A stretch of DNA of 64,000 nt from NCBI RefSeq assembly GCF_009914755.1, contig NC_060930.1. One strand, written 5' to 3'. Numbering within the stretch: the first letter of the stretch is position 1; each line of letters begins with the position of its first letter. Under the pieces are notes generated by a model. The model saw nothing but the letters and a program-made list of their open reading frames with translations, was not told where the DNA came from and made no database searches. This document shows, piece after piece, positions 56,047 through 64,000 of this stretch. The DNA is from the human T2T-CHM13v2.0 reference genome, Homo sapiens. Position numbers and translations under genes: made by a program.

Positions 56047-57125
56047 ATCCATTCATCTGTAAATGGACACTTAGGTTGTTTGTATATATTTCTTGGCTAT
56101 TGTGAATAATGCTGCAGTGAACATGGGAGTGCAGACACCCCTTTCTGTACTTATTTTTTTTTTGCTTTGGGTATATACCCAGCAGTGGGATTGCTGGATT
56201 ATATGGTAATGCTATTTTTCATTTTCTGAGGAACCTCCATACTGTTTTCCAAAATAACTGTGTCAATTTACAATACCACCTACAGAGTATAAGGGTTTCT
56301 TTTTCTCCACATCCTTGCCAACATTTGTTGTCATTCATCTTTTTGATAATAGCCAATCTGACAGGTATGAGCTGATATCTCATTGTGGTTTTAATTTTCA
56401 TTTCTTTGATGATTAGAGATGTTGAACATTTTAAAGTATATATCTGTTGGCCATTTGTATGCCTTCTTTTGAGAAATGTCTATTTAAGTCCTTTGCCCAT
56501 TTTTAATAGGGTTGTTTTCTTGTTATTTCATAGTTTGAGTTTTTTGTATATTTTGGGTGTTAGCCCCTCATGTATATAGAAACAACAGAATACTGTTTAG
56601 CCTTTAAAAAAAAAAACAGGAAATTTCTTCATTTTCAACAACATGGATGAACCTAGAGGACATCATATTAAGGGAAATAAGCCAGGGACAGAGAAACAAA
56701 TACTCTGTAATCTCACTTATATGTGGAATCTAGAAAAGTCAAAATCATAGAAGTAGAGAGTAGAATAGTGGTTACCAGAGGCAAGGGGCAGGGGATGGGA
56801 AGAGAGGTGGGAGAGTTGTAGGGCGTGGACAGGGAAAGGGAAGATGCTGATCAATGGGGTACAAAGTTAAGTTACTAGAAATAAGTTTTGGTGTTCTGTT
56901 ACACTGCAAGGTGACTATAGTTATTATATTTCAAAATAGCTAAAAGAGATAATTTTAAATATCTCACTACAAAGAGATGGTAAATATTTGAGGTGATGGA
57001 TATGCTAATTACTCTGATATGATCATTCCACAATGTATACATGTATTGAAATATCACCTTATACCCCATAAATATATACAATTATTATTTGCCAATTAAA
57101 ATAAAACTAATAAAAATACAAAATG
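56047..57125. mobile_element. L1MA-type 3' end with 5' inversion
   Basis: 56047-~56570 antisense (MKIKTTMRYQLIPVRLAIIKK) and ~56572-57125 sense 3'UTR with an A-rich tail. Confidence 0.8.
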
Positions 57126-57764
57126 TAAAACTATATTTGTTAAAGCAACTAAATTAATCAGATAAACCATGATTAATACATACATTAAAATATGGCTAAA
57201 TTAATGATAGTTGATTTTGTAAAAGTTATACATTAACAACTTCAAAAATCTTCTATTGTTAATTTTTTATTCTTTCATTGTTAGAAGTTAGGGGTAGTAG
57301 TGGATAAAAGGGAGAAATGGTAGGAAATATTTATTTATGGGTATATATGTATTTTTTTTTTAAAGGAGAGAAAAGAGAGAAATGACACTCCTTCAGAGTG
57401 TCATTTTAAAGGAATTTCATGTTGTTCTCAGTTGTAGTCTCCACACTACTCTATTTGTAGGGAAAACAATTCTAGTAGTTGTAATGTTTGTTTTCTTTGG
57501 GAAATTTACAAATTAGATTACGCTCAGCCAAACATGTTTCTCTGTTTGTGGATTTATACAATGGAAAAATGTTAACTTTAAGCTGGCATCTATGTGCTAT
57601 CAGTAGTTTTATTAGTTGGCCCACCCATTGTCGGTGTGTGCACTCAGGGAATGCAAACTTATTTTAATTTTGGCTTAAATAAATAACGTTAAGAAAATAA
57701 ATCTGTTATTTTTTTTAAAAAATCTGAAGCCAAGTATAAAGAAAAATTTGATTATTTATGATTT

Positions 57765-57990
57765 ATGGAAAGCAGTACAGAAATCAAAAGGGTCCACAGT
57801 TAGAGTCCGGAGACCTGGGTTTGAATTCTGGCTTTGCTATTCATTTTTTATACATATTCAATTAGCCAAGTCACCCAATCTTTTCATCTGTTTCCTAATG
57901 TGTTAAAAAGTGACTGTAGTAATAGTAATAGCATTCTTTAAGGTTGTTAAGACTAAATTTAGCGTGTAAAAGCTTGTAAGTGGTAATACT
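57765..57990 (+). mobile_element. MIR
   Basis: AGACCTGGGTTTGAATTCTGGCTTTGC. Confidence 0.7.
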
Positions 57991-58192
57991 TTTCAAATGT
58001 TAAGTTGATATTTTTAGATTTTGCCTTTTATTGCAGATATGAAGAATATACTATATAAGTAAGACTACATACATTTTATAGAATTGAGTTCAACAATTTT
58101 GATTTATCTGTATTTTTATGAGTTTTGGTCAAAAAAAGGAAAGTAAATTTGTTTTAGGTATTTCCTGGAATTCTATTTCCTCCCTATTAAGC

Positions 58193-58300
58193 ATTTTATT
58201 TTATTTTATTTTATTTTATTTTATGTTATGTGTTGTGTTATGTTATGTTATGTTATGTTATGTTATGTTATGTTATGTTATGTTATGTTATGTTATGTTA
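58193..58300 (+). repeat. Compound pentanucleotide STR (ATTTT)6...(TGTTA)13, Alu-tail derived
   Basis: Direct read. Confidence 0.95.
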
Positions 58301-58588
<288 letters not shown>

Positions 58589-60097
58589 CCCATAAGCATT
58601 TTAGAGATACTTTTCTTAACAGTAGAGTAGACTAATTGATATATATGTTACTTTATTTATATAGGTACAGTTTCAATCTTTTTCTAGGTTCTGATTGTCA
58701 TAAAGCTTTTGATAAGAGGTTATCCAAGAGAAACTTTGTCTAAAGTATAGTATTATTGACTGGAGAAATAATCTCAAGACATGGTGAGAATTGTGACCTT
58801 CAGGAGTTTTTTCTAAGTTCTAAAAATCTCCAGTAATGCCTTAATTCAAAACAGGCCCAGACAATTTGACAATATGTACCAGAAGCATTTAAAACTGTCT
58901 TTGACCTAACAACACAATTGCTAGCCTGTTTCTTAATGAAAAAATTGGTAATTTACAAAATCATTTATGTACTGCCATTAAGAAAAACATACTTCTAAAG
59001 AATGATATACAAAAAAAGATAATGATTCAAGAAAACATTTATCACATATTAAGTAGAAAGACAATTTATACAAGCATGGTACAGTCCTAACTTTGGTTAA
59101 AATAATAAAAGACTGATTTAATATATACCAAAAGTGTGTTAACAATATTTTAATAATCTGAGATTGATAAAATTCCCGTGATTTTTATTTTCTTCTATAA
59201 TTTCAAAATTTTGTAGAATGAACATGTATTACTTTTATAATCAGAAATATATATATAGTATGTTTGTGTCAAACTTCTTTCCAAACACTCTCATTCTAGT
59301 CTCAGCTATTATAGTAAAATATCATGGATTTATATATAACGTAAGCATAAGAAGTTGTAGGCAATATTCAGGTACACAAGAGAATATTACTTATGATTGA
59401 ACTTATTGTGAATGCCTTTGACTATACCTTTTGGCTTTGCTGCTCTACAAACCTTCTCTATCTTTTGATGGTCTGTAATGTGCTGCTGATAGGAAGTTTT
59501 TAATTGAAGGATGAAAGGTGATCATATTGAAGGAACCTGAGGCTGTCTTAGCTAGGGCTTGTCTGGGCTAGACTGGCAAACTGGGCCAACTACTATGACG
59601 AAAGCAACATTGGAGGGTTAACCCCACTTTTTATGGGCACCAAATCTGTACTAGTTTAGAGCAAGTTCAAAGTCCTGAGTTAGTGAGGCATTGCATTTGT
59701 TTTCCCCTGAGACTGTGACCTCTTCCTCTTTCCATTTCCAGCTCTAAGCACAAAGTTTGGCACATGATAGATGCTTAGCAAACAGTATTGGAATTGAAAT
59801 GGAAAGGAATTAGGAAATTATGCAGATTCTCAACATTAATTTTACTAAATAGACATTGCAATATTAAGCGAAGTGAATTATGCAGATACAGTCACAGGCA
59901 ACGTCTATATGGATACAAGGGAAGTTCAATTGGAGCCATAATGATCTCTTACATTTCGACATCATAGGCTGTTCTCTGTGCTCCTCTATTTTGGCTGCTG
60001 GTGGTAATTGGAAGGCCCTCAGCACTTTCAGCATTTGGCATAGTGAGATGTAAGTTAAATAAGCACATTGGAAACGGATGAAAAATTGCAACATTAA

Positions 60098-60441
<344 letters not shown>

Positions 60442-60949
60442 AGTAAAATATATTTTTATCAATTAACCTCCCACCTCAGCTAGCCAGGAAAATCAGATTT
60501 TGTCCTTTTGCCTTCTGGGCTATTTGACAACGTATGCTGTTCCTCATGTTAATACCTTAACAGCTGTGCCAACAAGTCTGGTTTGAAAAAAAAGTAAGGG
60601 GCTTAATGGTGTGTCTCTGCAGCCTATCAACATCTCTGTGCATCAGTAGATTACTTGAGCCTTTCAAAACAGTTGTTCACCTCAGACATGTGGGTCAAAC
60701 GTCACTGTAGTTAACATACTGAAGCTTGCTAATACGAATAAGAATTGGAATTATGACTTCTGAGCTCTCAATACCAAGGAAAGCAATGTTATGACAAACC
60801 CGTGTTTGTGTTGCTTCGTCACAGAATAACTCAGACACTACAATCAGTAGCTAGCACTCTCTCTGATCTGAATGGTATAGACATCTTCCTTTTACCTTAT
60901 ATTGCTCTGACTTTTCGGTAGGTTTTGTCTTGGAGCTCCACATAGCTTT

Positions 60950-61740
60950 TAATTCATTTCAGTTTAGCAAGCCTTTATTAAGTATTAAATTAGGTGCTGA
61001 GATTGCAAAGATGAATAAGACTTTGATGAATGAGGCGTGCAGTTCAGTGGGGAAGACATGAACAGATTATTATTTCAATATATATTAAACATATAGGTAT
61101 GCACAGAGGAAAGTTAATTAGCCCAGCCTCAGGAAGCCAGGAAAGGGAAAACTTCATGGACAGTTTAACTGATAAACTGTGTCTTACATAATGGGCAAGA
61201 ATATTTCTGGAAGAGAGAACAATAGGAACATTAGAAACGTGTTCACTCAGCAGGGGCAGGAGAAAAGAACTAGATAATGAGTAATGGAGAGCCCTATATG
61301 CCCTGAGGAGGTCTTTATTCTGCAGTCACTGAAGAGTTTGAAGCATTGAAGTAACATGGCTGGATTTTAATTTTAGGTAGATCACTCTAGGGGCACAGTA
61401 AAAAATAGTTTTAGTGAAACATAATTAGTAGTAGGAAAATCACTTCAAAAGGCTACGTAATGGGACCAATAAATGATGAGGGCCTAGGCTGGGACACCTA
61501 ATCAGTGGTGGTAAGGATGGGAGAGGATAGGTGAGTCAAGAAGTGTTTTACGTGTTGACCTCCTCAGGACTTGAGAATGGGGAGTAGGAGGATGATCCTA
61601 TTAAGTGAGATTACAAATATAGGAAGAAAAACTGTTTTGAGGCAAAGATGGTGCTTTAAGTTTTGGATATACGTTTGAGGTGCCTTTAGGACATTCAAGT
61701 AGACATGAACTCTGTTAAAATGCAGAGAAATGGTAGTCAG
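60950..61740 (-). mobile_element. L2 fragment
   Basis: Antisense L2 tail and body (TTTGAGGTGCCTTTAGGACATTCAAGTAGA). Confidence 0.6.
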
Positions 61741-62134
61741 TACTTGACAAAAAAATATTATCTTAGGCAGAAGTAAAGAACAAATAAATGAGTGCAAACT
61801 CCAAAGTGATATTGTCTCTTAAGAAGGGCTGGGCCTGGAGAAGGCATTAGGTGTAAAAATTAGGTTTGTGCAGGAGCAGTATAAAGTTATAAGTAGGTTA
61901 TGTGGGGAATCAAGCATTTCACTTGAAAAGTGATATACTGTTTATAGATTACCTATTGGAGACATTAGGATTATAGTATGATACAATGTTAAGAAACACT
62001 GGATATAATGTAGTTTTTGATAGTTCAAAAAAGATTTTTTGATTTTGTGGTTTCTCAGTATCATGCACATCAGTGATTTTACTGACAAAAATTTGGATGA
62101 AATATCCAAAATATAAAGATTTCTGGATATCAAT

Positions 62135-62345
62135 AATAGGCAACATGTGTTGAGTGCTTACTGTGCACTAAGCTCTATTCTAGTACTTCATGTTGATTCA
62201 TTACATATAATTGTCTTAAACAGGTAGTCATATTATTCCCATTTTATAGATAGGAGGAACGTTTAAGAAACCTACTGCAGATCACACAGGATTTATCCCC
62301 AAGGAGTTTTGCTGCAGAACCTACCTCTTAACCACTATGCTATAC
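62135..62345 (-). mobile_element. MIR
   Basis: TTGAGTGCTTACTGTG...CCCATTTTATAGAT...CTCTTAACCACTATGCTATAC. Confidence 0.75.
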
Positions 62346-63018
62346 TTCATTATCAAATAATCTAGGTTACAGGTACATGAAAACATGAAAATGCATTATA
62401 CAAACAAAAATTCATATGAAGGTAACATTTCTAGAGGGACAAGATTGCCATATTCTAGAATCTGATGAACCTTTTTCTGCATTGGCTGCCAGTTGATGCG
62501 TATGATAGGAAAGTCTCCAAAAGAAAAGTGCTTAGGTCTATAAATAATTGTTTTCTTTCTGTTCTCAAGAACTGTTGAAGATGATTATCTTCAGAGAGGG
62601 GAAGGTAGTGGGTGTAGTTGGGAATCAGCAGTCCAGGATTAGAAAAATTTTACTTTCATTTTGTGACTTTCTGTGCTGTTTAAGTTTTGTTACCTGTGGA
62701 TATTAAAAAACATGTTAACGGGGGTTCTGTGTAATGGGATTATGGGCTACTCTTAAAATGTTTTAAATTAAATATTTATAGCACACAAATTATACTAACA
62801 TATCATCCCAAGAATTACTAAGTAGGTTGACTTTCATATTCAGTGGATTTTACACAGTTCCACATAGAAACACTATTGTTATAAAATGGTTAGAAACGTA
62901 GTGTCACTATGAAACCATTATTCCCTTGTTTCTATGGGAAAGTGAATTTTCAATTATAGATAGGGATGTGGAAACTGTTACTTCACTTTCTGCAGTCTTA
63001 GAAAATTCCTATACTTAG

Positions 63019-63047
63019 ACACACGCACACACACACACACACACACA
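63019..63047 (+). repeat. (CA)n microsatellite
   Basis: Direct read. Confidence 0.9.
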
Positions 63048-64000
63048 GTCACTCACTCATAGGCAAACATTTGCTCTGGGGGTAGGATAGTTTTCCTGAG
63101 TGAAAGAGGTGCTCTAGTGGGGTGTGGCAAGGATGAGAGTCAGATTAGAATTTTTATATCATTTGCTCTAGACAGGACTGTGTTGTGAGAAGGACTCTTG
63201 AGGACCTTCACCCACTAAAAACGGGGAAGTTAGCAGTGGTTGTTTGTATAACTGGTTTATTTGTAAGTTACACTTTTGGATTATGAAACTCCCCACAGTG
63301 ATCAGTTGGTGTTTATTTTCATTCTGAAGCAATTTTAGTCATCTAGCAACTCATTTGGATGATGTGCTTGCTGTACAATGAAATTTGCAGTTTTAAAAGA
63401 CCCCAGAGCAACTATGGTGTGTAATTTGTGCAGTGTTGTACTACTCTTGGAATAGATAGGAAATGTATGTTTGAATTAAGAAAAGACTGCTTTTCTGGAA
63501 AATTACAGAAGTTCTTAAATAATTTTTTTTTCACTGTGGCATTGTTAAGAAGGGATTAATTTTTCTTAAAAAGAGCCAGGATACTCTGGATGTAATGAAA
63601 ATATTAAGTTAGTGTTTGGCCTGTAAGCAAAAGAGGGAATACCAAATGTCAGACTAGGATTGTAAATCATCATCTTTGGCAGGAACAAAGTTTGCTGTTT
63701 GTCTTGTTATGTCTGGACAGTTACCAGGGCCTGTGATGAATTTTCCAATTTCATTATCAAAATCCCAGAGTGTGGAAGCATTTACATAGACTCTAGGGTA
63801 CAGGTATTAGTGGTCTGATCTCACTCTTTGGGGTTCTTGTTTTAAAATGGATGAGACTTTTTATATTTAGAGGAATTATAAATATGGTTAAATGTGATGG
63901 AAAGGGAAACAATTTTATAATTTTTAATAGTGTCTTTGTTTTATAGTTATTTTGAAAACAAATCAACACCTGTATGAAATTATAAAGTACATTTGAGAAC

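Noticed and set aside
58236-58300. CRISPR-like or satellite array
   Set aside because: Simple pentanucleotide STR with no spacers, in a eukaryotic context.

Overview
Primate, almost certainly human, genomic DNA containing the 5' end of SESN1 (sestrin-1/PA26). Only one genuine coding segment is present: exon 1 of the long SESN1 isoform on the minus strand (36180-35902, 93 codons, MAEGENEVRW...KSIQ, then a CAG|GTAAGG donor). Positions 1-35901 are SESN1 intron 1. A CpG island (~36450-38020) forms a bidirectional promoter carrying GC boxes, an NRF1-like palindrome and a back-to-back pair of ZNF143/SBS motifs. Two plus-strand 5' splice donors mark non-coding first exons of a divergent gene, which I name CEP57L1 from recalled 6q21 gene order; the rest of the window is its intron 1. 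The introns are dense in interspersed repeats: about 25 Alus, a 3.7 kb truncated L1PA, a 5'-inverted L1MA, L2/MIR, Tigger/MER DNA transposons, ERVL/MaLR LTRs and a retrotransposed U6 pseudogene. I see no convincing novel multi-gene system. The best leads are a ladder of uORFs in the SESN1 5'UTR, HEAT-like motifs in the isoform-specific N-terminus, the inverted ZNF143 pair, a five-level nested transposon stack, template-switch palindromes inside repeats and a motif-switching pentanucleotide Alu tail. Repeat subfamily names and many repeat boundaries were judged by eye and are approximate.
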